Source: Dehalococcoidia bacterium (GTDB lineage: Bacteria; Chloroflexota; Dehalococcoidia; DSTF01; RBG-16-68-14). From it: 64,000 bases of DNA. Positions 10,892-19,580 of the stretch are shown piece by piece. The notes below the pieces were generated by a model, which made no database searches, had not been told where the DNA came from, and saw only the letters and a list, made by a program, of their open reading frames with translations. The position numbers and the translations under genes were made by a program. Location: assembly GCA_040882355.1 (NCBI GenBank), contig JBBEBM010000056.1:1-64000 (forward strand), in the 5' to 3' direction. How positions within the stretch are numbered: the stretch's first letter is position 1; the number at the start of each line of letters is the position of its first letter.

Positions 10892-12334
10892 ATGCCTAGC
10901 GAGCTGAACCTGGACTACTCGCTCCTTGCGCCGGAGTTCTGCCTGGGCGGGCTGGCGGCGCTGGTGATCGCCCTCGACCTCTTCGTGCCGGGGTTCCGAA
11001 AGGGCTGGCTGCCCTACGTCACCGCCGCCGGCCTGCTCGCGATCATGGGGATGTCGCTCGGCTGGACCGACGTCGACAGCGACTTCGCGGGCCTCCTCTA
11101 CATCGACAAGTACACGCTCTTCTTCCGCGTCTTCTTTACCGCCACCGCCGCCGCTGTCGCGCTACTCTCCGCCCAGCTTGTCAAGGAGCGCCTGCGCCAC
11201 CCGGGCGAGTACTACGCGCTGCTGGTGCTCTCGACGATCGGCGCGATCTACATGGCGGCGGCCCGCGAGCTGCTGACGGCGTACATCTCGCTCGAGCTGC
11301 TCAGCTTCAGCCTCTACGTGCTCGTGTCCTACGCGAAGTTCGACGCCAAGTCGAACGAGGGCGGCATGAAGTATATGCTGCTGGGCGCCTTCGCCTCCGC
11401 GCTCTTCCTCTACGGGCTGAGCCTGATCTACGGCGGCGCCGGCTCGACGTTCTACGACGACATCGCCGCGGCCTACTCGAACGGGACCGACGCGTACGAC
11501 TTGGGCCTGCTCATGGGCCTGGCGCTCGTGCTGGCCGGCCTCGGCTTCAAGGTCGCCGCCGTCCCCTTCCACATGTGGACGCCCGACGCCTACGAAGGAG
11601 CGCCGCTGCCGATCACGGGCTACCTCTCGGCGACGTCAAAGGCGGCGGGCTTCGCGTTGCTGCTTCGCCTCTTCTCGGGCGCCTTCATGCCGGTGCTGGA
11701 CGACTGGCAGTGGATGATCGCCTCGCTGGCGGCGATCACGATGGTGCTCGGCAACCTGGTCGCCTTGCAGCAGCACAACATCAAGCGGCTGCTCGCCTAC
11801 TCGTCGATCGGTCAGGTGGGGTACATGCTCATGGCGCTGGCCGCGCTGTCCGCGGACACCGCCGGCGCGCTCCTGTTCCACATGGCCGGCTACGTGATCA
11901 CCAACATGGCGGCGTTCACCTGCGTCATCGCCTGGAGCAACCTGACCGGCAAGGAGGAGATCCGCGACTACCGGGGCATGGCCGTCCGGGCGCCGCTCCT
12001 GGCCGCTGTCTTCACGGCCGCGCTCTTCTCGCTGTCGGGCATGCCGCTCTTCGCCGGCTTCTTCACCAAGTTCATCCTCTTCCAGGCCGTCGCGCAGGAA
12101 GGCTTCCTCTGGCTCTCCGTGATCGCCGTGATCATGAGCATGGTCTCGCTCTACTACTACCTGATGGTGATCAAGGAGCTGTACATCTCGGAGCCGGAGG
12201 AGCCCGACCTGGTGCGAGTGCCGGCGCTGCTCAACGGCCTCGCCGTCGCCCTCGTGGCCGGCGTTTTCTACGTCGGCATCTACCCTCGCCACCTCTACGA
12301 GGCCGCCCAAGAGGCGACGAAGCTCCTCTTCTAG
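10892..12334 (+). CDS. nuoN: NADH-quinone oxidoreductase subunit N
   Basis: FKVAAVPFHMWTPDAYEGAP, KRLLAYSSI, GFFTKF. Confidence 0.97.
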   Translation: MPSELNLDYSLLAPEFCLGGLAALVIALDLFVPGFRKGWLPYVTAAGLLAIMGMSLGWTDVDSDFAGLLYIDKYTLFFRVFFTATAAAVALLSAQLVKERLRHPGEYYALLVLSTIGAIYMAAARELLTAYISLELLSFSLYVLVSYAKFDAKSNEGGMKYMLLGAFASALFLYGLSLIYGGAGSTFYDDIAAAYSNGTDAYDLGLLMGLALVLAGLGFKVAAVPFHMWTPDAYEGAPLPITGYLSATSKAAGFALLLRLFSGAFMPVLDDWQWMIASLAAITMVLGNLVALQQHNIKRLLAYSSIGQVGYMLMALAALSADTAGALLFHMAGYVITNMAAFTCVIAWSNLTGKEEIRDYRGMAVRAPLLAAVFTAALFSLSGMPLFAGFFTKFILFQAVAQEGFLWLSVIAVIMSMVSLYYYLMVIKELYISEPEEPDLVRVPALLNGLAVALVAGVFYVGIYPRHLYEAAQEATKLLF

Positions 12335-12383
12335 CCACGCCCGGGTCCGCGCGGCCGGCGCCCCCGGTGTCGCCGACGAACAA

Positions 12384-12440
12384 CTAACCTTATGTTAATG
12401 TCCCGCTAACGGGCGTTAACTGCCCACTAACCCGCCAAAC
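12384..12440. promoter_or_regulatory. Array of phased YTAAC direct repeats, candidate OmpR/PhoB-family operator
   Basis: CTAAC 12384, TTAAT 12395, CTAAC 12406, TTAAC 12416, CTAAC 12427 (10-11 bp period) in an AT-richer intergenic patch. Confidence 0.55.
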
Positions 12441-12679
12441 ACCGTTCCCCACCTATGCTGGCCCCGGATCGATGAACGGGGCATCGGCCTGGCCGCAAAC
12501 CAAACGCGAGCCGCTCCACCGCGCCCAGATCGAGTTCCAGGGCGCTTCGCGCAACGAAAAGCCGGACCGGCGCTCTTCTCCCCCTATTCGGGGGCTTGAC
12601 AGAGGGTGTATACTATGCATCGCCAGGTGGTCAGGGAAACCCCGCCAGTTATTCAACTGAAACGCCCCGCAGGAGGTGG

Positions 12680-12990
12680 AGGCGGGTGTCTAGCTTCTAC
12701 AGGTCCGCCGGAGCCGCCCGTGGAAACGACGTGGCCGGCTAGCGGACTCGAAACAAGCCTGCTGCGTAAGCGGACTTGCGCCTTTAGGGAGGGAGAGGCG
12801 TGACCATCCCAGCGCTGGCCAGCAACCGAGAGGGTCTGGGCGACACGCCTGGATCGAGCCCCACGACGCGCGTTTCCTCCTGTGTAGGGTGTACGGGAAC
12901 GCGACACACTGTTCTGGCTGCGTATGGCTCGGCGCGGGGCTCGATATGGGTTTGCTCGCACGCTCTCCTCAATGAGAGCTGAGCAGCACG
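12680..12990 (+). ncRNA. Candidate structured 5' leader RNA upstream of the large surface protein gene
   Basis: Nested inverted repeats: ATCGAGCCCC 12853-12862 / GGGGCTCGAT 12936-12945, cgcgtttcc/gggaacgcg, gtccgc/gcggac, gctctc/gagagc; no convincing ORF. Confidence 0.35.
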
Positions 12991-13073
12991 AAAGGAGGGA
13001 CACAGGCCGTAGAACAACACACCACCGTACTCATTACAGCATTCGTTCATACAAGGTCTTGAGGAGGAAACGC

Positions 13074-15632
13074 ATGCACATAAGCAGATACAGTGTGCGC
13101 CTGGTAGCGTTGATCGCCGTCGTCGCCGGCATTTTGCTGGCCTTGAGCACGATCGGCGGGGAGACGCGCCAGGCCGCAGCCGCCGGCAACATCAGCGGCG
13201 TAAGCTGCGCTGACATCTTTGTCGACTTCCCGCCCCTTCAGGCGAAGGGTACCGCTCCTGGCGCCGAGGACCCGCCCGTTGCCAAGTCGATAACCCGCGT
13301 GATCGACCCGGGCGGCGCTATACCGCACGCCGTCACCGTGGTGACCATCACCTACCTCGGCTTCGACGGACCGGGCGGTCAACCGTCACCGATCCCGGAC
13401 GGACAGCCGGCCGACCCCTGCCAGGTCAAGGACGATGGCGACGGCAACTGGGACACCCGGATCAAGTACCAGCAGGTCAACGTGAACAACCGCGTGGCGG
13501 AGCCGGTCACCGGTTCGTGGAACGACACAACGAACAAGCTGACCTTCACGACCTGCACCTTCAGCGAGTCGCTGGGGACCTGGACGCGCACCGATGTGCA
13601 GTCCGACATCAACCCGGCCAAGGACCCGCTGATCAAGAACTTCGGCAACGTGACGCTCTACACGAACGTGACCTCGCCGACGATCCCGGCCGACCCGACC
13701 ACCTGCGGGACGAACGGCACGCTCTACGTCGACATCTTCCCCAGCGTGCTACGGTCGATCTCGCGCAACCCGACGACGGACGCCAACCCGATCGTCGCGC
13801 CGGCGGTCGTCGACCCTGACGGCACCCAGGCGGCGCCTGCCGGCAAGATCCCGGTGCCGCAGCCTGCGGACGCCGATATCCTGGACGACGACTGGGACGG
13901 CGACGGCTGCACGGACCACGACGAGCTGGCCCCGTCCAACCTGGACACGCTGCTCGCAGGCCGTGACCCGTTCAACCCGAACGACTGCACAGGCAACCTG
14001 AGTGGGGTGTACAACATCCTGGCGACGCAAACCCCGGCCACCAAGGACGGCCTGGGCAACCTGGTGCCTGGCACCTACTTCCACTGCATCGCCCTCGTCA
14101 ACAAGGCGATTACCACCCTGACCGGCAGTCTGGTGTGCTACACGGACTCACCGGGCCTCGGCGGAGCAAGTGGCAGCGCCGTGCCGTCGCATGACGACGG
14201 TCTGGCCGGTCCGCCGCCGCCGCCGCCATACACCACCGGCGCGCCCTCGGCGCTCAGTGGCAGCATGACGGGACAGTCGGCGACCATCACGGCGTGCTTC
14301 CGCAACATTGGCGGCGTGCTCAAGCCAAACGTGATCGCCGTCGCGACGATCAACGTCAAGACCGGCAAGGGTACCGTTGATATCCACGCAAACCAGCCGA
14401 CCGCCGCCTGCAACGCCCTGGTGCCGGTCGTGGTAACTGGTGGAATAGTTCTCACGGGTGTGCCGATACAGCTCGCCCGCCAGGAGAGCACCTTCGACCA
14501 CGACCAGGACGGCTGCACGGATGCCCAGGAACTGACGGCGGCCGCGACACCCAAGTGCGGTGACGACCCGTACAACCCCCTGGACTCTGACGCCAGCCTG
14601 AACAGCATCGCCAGTGTCCTGGTGACGCAGACTGCCGCCGACATCAACGCCGGCACCGGCGCGATCATCCCCGGCGTCTATTTCCACTGCATCGCGGACC
14701 TCCAGCAGACCGCGGGCACGCCGAAGCCGTTGACCACCCGGCTGCAGTGCTACGTCGACAACCCCGCGCTCGTCGTGAACCCCCCGTCTCTGGGCAAGGT
14801 CCAGAACGACACCGACGGAGGGCCCGACAACAACGACATCTGCGGAACGACACCGCTGCAACCCGCCGCGGAGTGTGGCGACGGTACGGCAGGCTCCGCG
14901 CCGCCGGCGCCGTTCGCAGACATCGACTTGGCGCACATCCAGTTCACCGGGACGGGCAACAACGTGGACAACACCACCAACCTGATCCACATCGAGGGTT
15001 GCCTGTCTGGCGTAGATAACGAGGCGCTCGGCGGCGCCGCGGACAACGTCTACGTGCGCACAACCATCGCCCTGCACAACGGCGCGATGGTGGCCAACGG
15101 TGGACCCACCATCGCCACGGCGATGAACGCCGGCCAGGGGCTGGTTGACATCTGGCTGGCCGTGCCCGCCGGCTGCGCCAAGCCCGGCGGCGCGCCAAAC
15201 GTCAACGACGCGGCGATTGAGATCGCCGAGCAAGGCACGAAGTCCGCCGTGGCCGACGCAGCAACGTGGGACACGGACAAGGATGGCTGCTCGGACAAGC
15301 AGGAGCTGCGTAACGCGCAGGGCATGGGCGGCCTGCGCGACCCGTTCAACCGCTGGGACTTCATGGACCAGTACGCGGGCTTGCCGCTGGCGAAGGACCG
15401 CATCGTGTCCGTGAGCGACATCGGCGCCGTCGTGGCCCGCTTCGGCCAGAACGGCGTGCCGGGTGACCCGGACGTGACGCCGACGGCCAGCAACAACTAC
15501 CACACCAGCGCTGACCGAAACGGCGCGCTGCCCGGTTCCAACAGCTGGAACCTGAAGGGACCCGACGGGATCGTCTCGATCGGGGACGTGGGTTCGACAG
15601 TGGCGCAGTTCGGTCACAGCTGCACCGCCTAA
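13074..15632 (+). CDS. Large secreted surface protein (852 aa) with repeated DxDxDGCxDxxE Ca-binding motifs and a C-terminal dockerin-like ('flexitail'-type) domain
   Basis: GAGGAGG RBS before ATG 13074; Sec signal (…QAAAA); motifs DWDGDGC, DHDQDGC, DTDKDGC; C-terminal DGIVSIGDVGSTVAQFGHSC. Confidence 0.85.
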   Translation: MHISRYSVRLVALIAVVAGILLALSTIGGETRQAAAAGNISGVSCADIFVDFPPLQAKGTAPGAEDPPVAKSITRVIDPGGAIPHAVTVVTITYLGFDGPGGQPSPIPDGQPADPCQVKDDGDGNWDTRIKYQQVNVNNRVAEPVTGSWNDTTNKLTFTTCTFSESLGTWTRTDVQSDINPAKDPLIKNFGNVTLYTNVTSPTIPADPTTCGTNGTLYVDIFPSVLRSISRNPTTDANPIVAPAVVDPDGTQAAPAGKIPVPQPADADILDDDWDGDGCTDHDELAPSNLDTLLAGRDPFNPNDCTGNLSGVYNILATQTPATKDGLGNLVPGTYFHCIALVNKAITTLTGSLVCYTDSPGLGGASGSAVPSHDDGLAGPPPPPPYTTGAPSALSGSMTGQSATITACFRNIGGVLKPNVIAVATINVKTGKGTVDIHANQPTAACNALVPVVVTGGIVLTGVPIQLARQESTFDHDQDGCTDAQELTAAATPKCGDDPYNPLDSDASLNSIASVLVTQTAADINAGTGAIIPGVYFHCIADLQQTAGTPKPLTTRLQCYVDNPALVVNPPSLGKVQNDTDGGPDNNDICGTTPLQPAAECGDGTAGSAPPAPFADIDLAHIQFTGTGNNVDNTTNLIHIEGCLSGVDNEALGGAADNVYVRTTIALHNGAMVANGGPTIATAMNAGQGLVDIWLAVPAGCAKPGGAPNVNDAAIEIAEQGTKSAVADAATWDTDKDGCSDKQELRNAQGMGGLRDPFNRWDFMDQYAGLPLAKDRIVSVSDIGAVVARFGQNGVPGDPDVTPTASNNYHTSADRNGALPGSNSWNLKGPDGIVSIGDVGSTVAQFGHSCTA

Positions 15633-15657
15633 CGCGAGCCTTCGCGAACGTAGTAGT

Positions 15658-15691
15658 ACAGGAGCGCCCCTTTCGGGGCGCTCCTGTTTTT
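15658..15691 (+). terminator. Rho-independent terminator
   Basis: acaggagcgcccc-tttc-ggggcgctcctgt followed by a T-tract. Confidence 0.9.
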
Positions 15692-15809
15692 CTCCCGCAG
15701 CGCAACCTTCGGGGCCTGAGCGGCGTATGCAATAGTGAGGCCCCGATAGGCTTTCGGCCCCGTGGACGAGTGTGCTAAGATGGGGCGTCCCTAGAATGAA
15801 GGAGATTCA

Positions 15810-16931
15810 GTGAACCAGCAGGCGCAGCGCATCGGCTACTACGTCATCGCCGCGGGCGTCATGCTGCAGTTCTTCGGCCTCGCGGGCGACTCCTGGGCGC
15901 ACGAGGATGGATCGGGCGGGATGATGACCCTCAGCAACCCGGGCCACGTCCTGCTCCTGATCGGCCTGGCGATCACCGTGGTGGGCGCCCTGATCGGCCT
16001 GATCGGAATGGCGCCGTCCATGGCGCCGCAGGCCATGACTTCGCCTCGGCTCCTGCCGGTCGCTCCGATGGTGCTGCTCATCGTCGCATCCATAGGCAGC
16101 GTGGCATTCGCCATGCAGGTGGGCGACTCTCCGTCCGGCGACCAGGCGCAGGCCTCCGCCGTCAACGAACCTGAGACCTGTGAGGAGGGACTCTACTGGC
16201 ACCCGGAGATGCTGCACTGCATGGCCGTGGGCGAGGACCCCGGAGTGCTTCCGACGCCCGTGACGGACCCTGTCACCGGTGAGGTCACGTGTCCGGGCGG
16301 GTACTACTGGCACCCGCAGATGCTGCACTGCATGGCCACCAGCGTGACCACCTCCAGCGACGGTACGCCGATCTGCCCCGGCGGCACCTACTGGCACCCA
16401 ACGATGAACCACTGCATGCCCACGACCGCCCCGACACCGGGCCCCGACGGCACGACACCGAGCTGTCCTGGAGGCACGTACTGGCACCCCCAGATGGGCC
16501 ACTGCATGGAATCCACCGTGCCCGAGTGCCCGAGCGGCTTCGCATGGAATGGGGACCTGGGCTACTGCGTCGCCCTGGCCACGGCAACGCCCACGCCCTA
16601 CCCGGAATGCGATGAGGGCTTCTACTACAACCCGGAGCTGGGGCGCTGCGTCTTCGGCGTGCCCACGCCGGAGCCGGAGTGTGACCCGGGTTCCTACTGG
16701 GATGGCCAGCAGTGCGTCCAGATCGTCACGCCCACGGGCCCGCCCACGTGCCCGCCCGGGTACTTCTGGCACGAGCTGATGCACCACTGCATGCCCCTCA
16801 GCCTGCTGACGCCGACGCCCAGCCCCACGCCTACGGATACGGCGACGCCAACACGCACCCCCACTCCGACCAGAACACCTACCCCTACGATCACGCCCAC
16901 GCCCACGATCACCCCCACGCCCACCTCATAG
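15810..16931 (+). CDS. Membrane-anchored protein with eight Cys-bracketed repeats (five of type CxxGxxWHxxMxHCM) and a PT tail
   Basis: AAGGAG RBS; three N-terminal hydrophobic segments; repeats visible in translation; C-terminal (TP)n. Confidence 0.85.
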   Translation: MNQQAQRIGYYVIAAGVMLQFFGLAGDSWAHEDGSGGMMTLSNPGHVLLLIGLAITVVGALIGLIGMAPSMAPQAMTSPRLLPVAPMVLLIVASIGSVAFAMQVGDSPSGDQAQASAVNEPETCEEGLYWHPEMLHCMAVGEDPGVLPTPVTDPVTGEVTCPGGYYWHPQMLHCMATSVTTSSDGTPICPGGTYWHPTMNHCMPTTAPTPGPDGTTPSCPGGTYWHPQMGHCMESTVPECPSGFAWNGDLGYCVALATATPTPYPECDEGFYYNPELGRCVFGVPTPEPECDPGSYWDGQQCVQIVTPTGPPTCPPGYFWHELMHHCMPLSLLTPTPSPTPTDTATPTRTPTPTRTPTPTITPTPTITPTPTS

Positions 16932-17062
16932 GTGCGAACGATCCGGGCCTCAGAGGGGTGACAAACAGCGCCCGAACGGAGTATGATGCTGGCACCTAGG
17001 GGGAGCACTCGGCCGCAGCCAGCGCAAGGCTGGCTGGAACACCGATTCTCAGGAGGTACATT

Positions 17063-18152
17063 GTGAAGCGTCTGTTTGTTCTCGTTCTGTCCCTGGCGGC
17101 TGCGCTGCTGTTTGCGTCGCTCGGCGCGCCCGCGGCTCAGGCCACCCACCCTACCACACCCCGACCGCTGATCAACTGCGCCGACGTCAGCGGCGACGGA
17201 TCGGTCAGCATAGGCGATGTCGGTTCGGTGGTCGGCAAGTTCGGCCTCGGCTCTCCGGACTACTCCGCCGTGGTCGGGGGCTACCATCCGCTCTACGACC
17301 TGGTGGCTGACGGCTCGATCTCCGTCGGTGACATCGGCTCGACTGTGTCGGACTTCGGTCTCACCTGCAGCGCGGTGGCTCCACAGGACACGCAGATCGC
17401 GCTCGCCTCGCTCTGGGGCTGGGGCGCCACCGCCGGCCTTCCAATGTCCTGCACAACGGGCAATGCCTCGCCGCCCCAGACACTGAACCAGGCGGCGCTG
17501 AACGCTATCGGTTACTACGGCGGAAGCAGCGATGTGCCGGGCCAGGGCGTGCACTACGTGAAGTACGCGAACTGGGACGACGTCTTCGACCCCTGCCGGC
17601 CTGAGGGCCTGGTCTACGAGGGCGTCGGCGGCAAGCTGGTCGCCCAGCTCTACGTCACAGACGGGAACGACGTGGACATCGGTTGGGGCGACTGGGAGGC
17701 GACGACCTTCCCGCCGGGTGCCTCACCGGACAACATCGACCTGGAGTTGGACACAACCGGGCCGGAGTGTAGCCCGGACTGTAGCTGGGCCGGCGCCTAC
17801 GACGGCTGGCACCTGCACTACTACCTCTGCACCGTCGCCATAGGCANNNNNNNNNNTAGGCACGGCCAAGGCGATCACCCGCCCGGGCGATTACATCAAC
17901 CCCGGCGTGGACGACGGCTACCCGACTGACATCCGCAGCGACGCCGAGTGCGCCTCGTTCGCCGCAGCCTACGGCCACACGGGCAACTACAACTTCAACA
18001 AGAACGTGGGCTGGATGGGCCACCTGTGGAACCAGAAGCTGAACCCGAACACCACGCCGCTGGACATTGGCGGGAACGGCCGCTTTGCGGACTGCTACCC
18101 GGAGGACGCGGGCGGGGGCCAGCACTGGAACGGCTTCAACTGCCCGCAGTAG
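17063..18152 (+). CDS. Secreted protein: dockerin-like N-domain plus His-rich GxHY…PEGLVY…WHxH…GWMGHxW domain (paralog 1; spans an assembly gap)
   Basis: AGGAGG RBS, GTG start, signal peptide. The N10 gap is flanked on both sides by taggca; collapsing it joins ORFs 17063 and 17907 in frame. Ends FNCPQ like its paralogs. Confidence 0.8.
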
Positions 18153-18169
18153 GGCTCACCGGCACCACT

Positions 18170-18205
18170 CGGAGGCGCCCCCTCAGCGGGGCGCCTCCGT
18201 CTCTC
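18170..18205 (+). terminator. GC-rich hairpin (terminator or mRNA stabiliser)
   Basis: cggaggcgcccc…ggggcgcctccg followed by tctct. Confidence 0.55.
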
Positions 18206-18230
18206 AGCGGGGAGCGGAAGGGAGCATACC

Positions 18231-19187
18231 ATGAGACGCTTGCCATTCATCGCAGCGATCGGCGCGGCGTTCCTGCTCGCCACAGCGCTCGCGCCGGGCA
18301 GTGTCGCGCAGGCCACCCACCCAGCGACGCCCCGCCCGCTGCTCAACTGCGCCGACGTGTTCCCTGACGGGTCCGTCAGCGTGAGCGACATCGGCACCGT
18401 GGTCGGCAAGTTCGGTCAGGGCTCTCCGGACTACTCGGCGGTGGCCGGCGGCTACCATCCGCTCTACGACCTTGTGGCTGACGGCTCGATCTCCGTCGGT
18501 GACATCGGCTCGACTGTGGCGGACTTCGGCAACAACGCGGCCGGCGGCTGTCCCAGCGCGGTGGATACGCAGATCGCGCTCGCCTCGCTCTGGGTCTACA
18601 ACGATCACCCGGGCTTGCTGACAGAGAACGTGTCGCTGCTCTCCGGCATGGGCTACCTCCGGTACAGCTTCGATGTGCCAGGTCAGGGCATCCACTACGT
18701 GAACCTGGCCAACTGGGACGGCGTCTTCAATCCTACTGAACCGGAGGGCTTGGTCTACAACGACGGCAAGCTGATGGCGCAGCTCTACGTAGTCGAAGGG
18801 GACACCACCGAGGGAGGTGTTGGTTGGGGGACCGAGCCGCCGCCTGTGGAGATGGTCGACATTGATAGCATCTGTGCGCCGGCGACCTGCAGTTGGGATA
18901 CGCCCGGCGACGGCTGGCACCTCCACCTGGACCTGTGCACCTACAACATCGGCACGGTGTTCGCGACGAACACATACACCGCCAGCGACGCGGCTTGCGA
19001 AGCGCTCAATTCCGCGTCGGGCCAGGGCGGCGGCTACGACTGGGACGACCGTCTCGGCTGGATGGGGCACTTGTGGAACCAGATGCTCAACGCCAATCTC
19101 AACCCCCTGGACGTGAACGCCAACGGGCGCTTCGCCGACTGCTTCCCAGACGCCGAGGACTGGACAGGCTTCAACTGCCCGCAGTAA
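18231..19187 (+). CDS. Secreted dockerin-like plus His-rich domain protein (paralog 2)
   Basis: Signal peptide (AQA|THP); CADVFPDGSVSVSDIG…YHPLYD; GQGIHYV, PEGLVY, WHLH, GWMGHLW, NGRFADC. Confidence 0.85.
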   Translation: MRRLPFIAAIGAAFLLATALAPGSVAQATHPATPRPLLNCADVFPDGSVSVSDIGTVVGKFGQGSPDYSAVAGGYHPLYDLVADGSISVGDIGSTVADFGNNAAGGCPSAVDTQIALASLWVYNDHPGLLTENVSLLSGMGYLRYSFDVPGQGIHYVNLANWDGVFNPTEPEGLVYNDGKLMAQLYVVEGDTTEGGVGWGTEPPPVEMVDIDSICAPATCSWDTPGDGWHLHLDLCTYNIGTVFATNTYTASDAACEALNSASGQGGGYDWDDRLGWMGHLWNQMLNANLNPLDVNANGRFADCFPDAEDWTGFNCPQ

Positions 19188-19213
19188 GCGCACATCACGC
19201 CGCGCAACTGGAC

Positions 19214-19246
19214 GAGAAGGCCCCTTCACATCGGGGCCTTCTTCTC
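19214..19246 (+). terminator. Rho-independent terminator
   Basis: gaaggcccc-ttcacatc-ggggccttc followed by ttct. Confidence 0.7.
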
Positions 19247-19273
19247 ATACCGGCAACGAAGGCGCGAGCGCAC

Positions 19274-19357
19274 CTACGGGCCGGGAGTGGGCGTGGGCGT
19301 CTCCGTGGGGGCGACGACCGTCACGAGGGCGAGGGCGGCGAGGCGGACGGAACTCAT
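19274..19357 (-). pseudogene. Possible internally deleted remnant of a secreted PT-tail protein (MSSVRLAALALVTVVAPTETPTPTPGP)
   Basis: Signal-like start fused directly to a PT linker; 27 aa. Confidence 0.3.
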
Positions 19358-19580
19358 GGCAGCCGATCCTACGCGCCATTGGGCGACCTGTCACCACGGT
19401 AAAGCTGGGCAAACCTATCATCTCAAACGATCCGGCCCGAGCCGGTCGGCGAGCAGCGGCCCGTCAGGTTGGGCGAACCTTTGACCCGATTGTGACGTAT
19501 TATGGATTGGAGCCCTGGCATCGACTCCCGCCGCCTTGTATCCTGGGGATGCCGCGCCTCGCCAAAACGGAGGAATCATC

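Noticed and set aside
12596..12616. TTGACA followed by TATACT/TACTAT as a sigma70 promoter
   Set aside because: The spacer is only 7-9 bp, which is non-canonical. It may be part of a promoter but is not callable.
16180..16800. c-type heme-binding motifs in the Cys/His repeats
   Set aside because: The order is HC-M, not CxxCH.
16130..16930. CRISPR array or DGR from repeated tactggcaccc…atg…cactgcatg
   Set aside because: The repeats are in-frame coding units with synonymous variation; no cas genes, reverse transcriptase or A-specific variation are present.
17847..17856. Apparent frameshift or split gene in paralog 1
   Set aside because: N10 scaffold gap with taggca duplicated on both sides; collapsing it restores one reading frame, so it is an assembly artefact.
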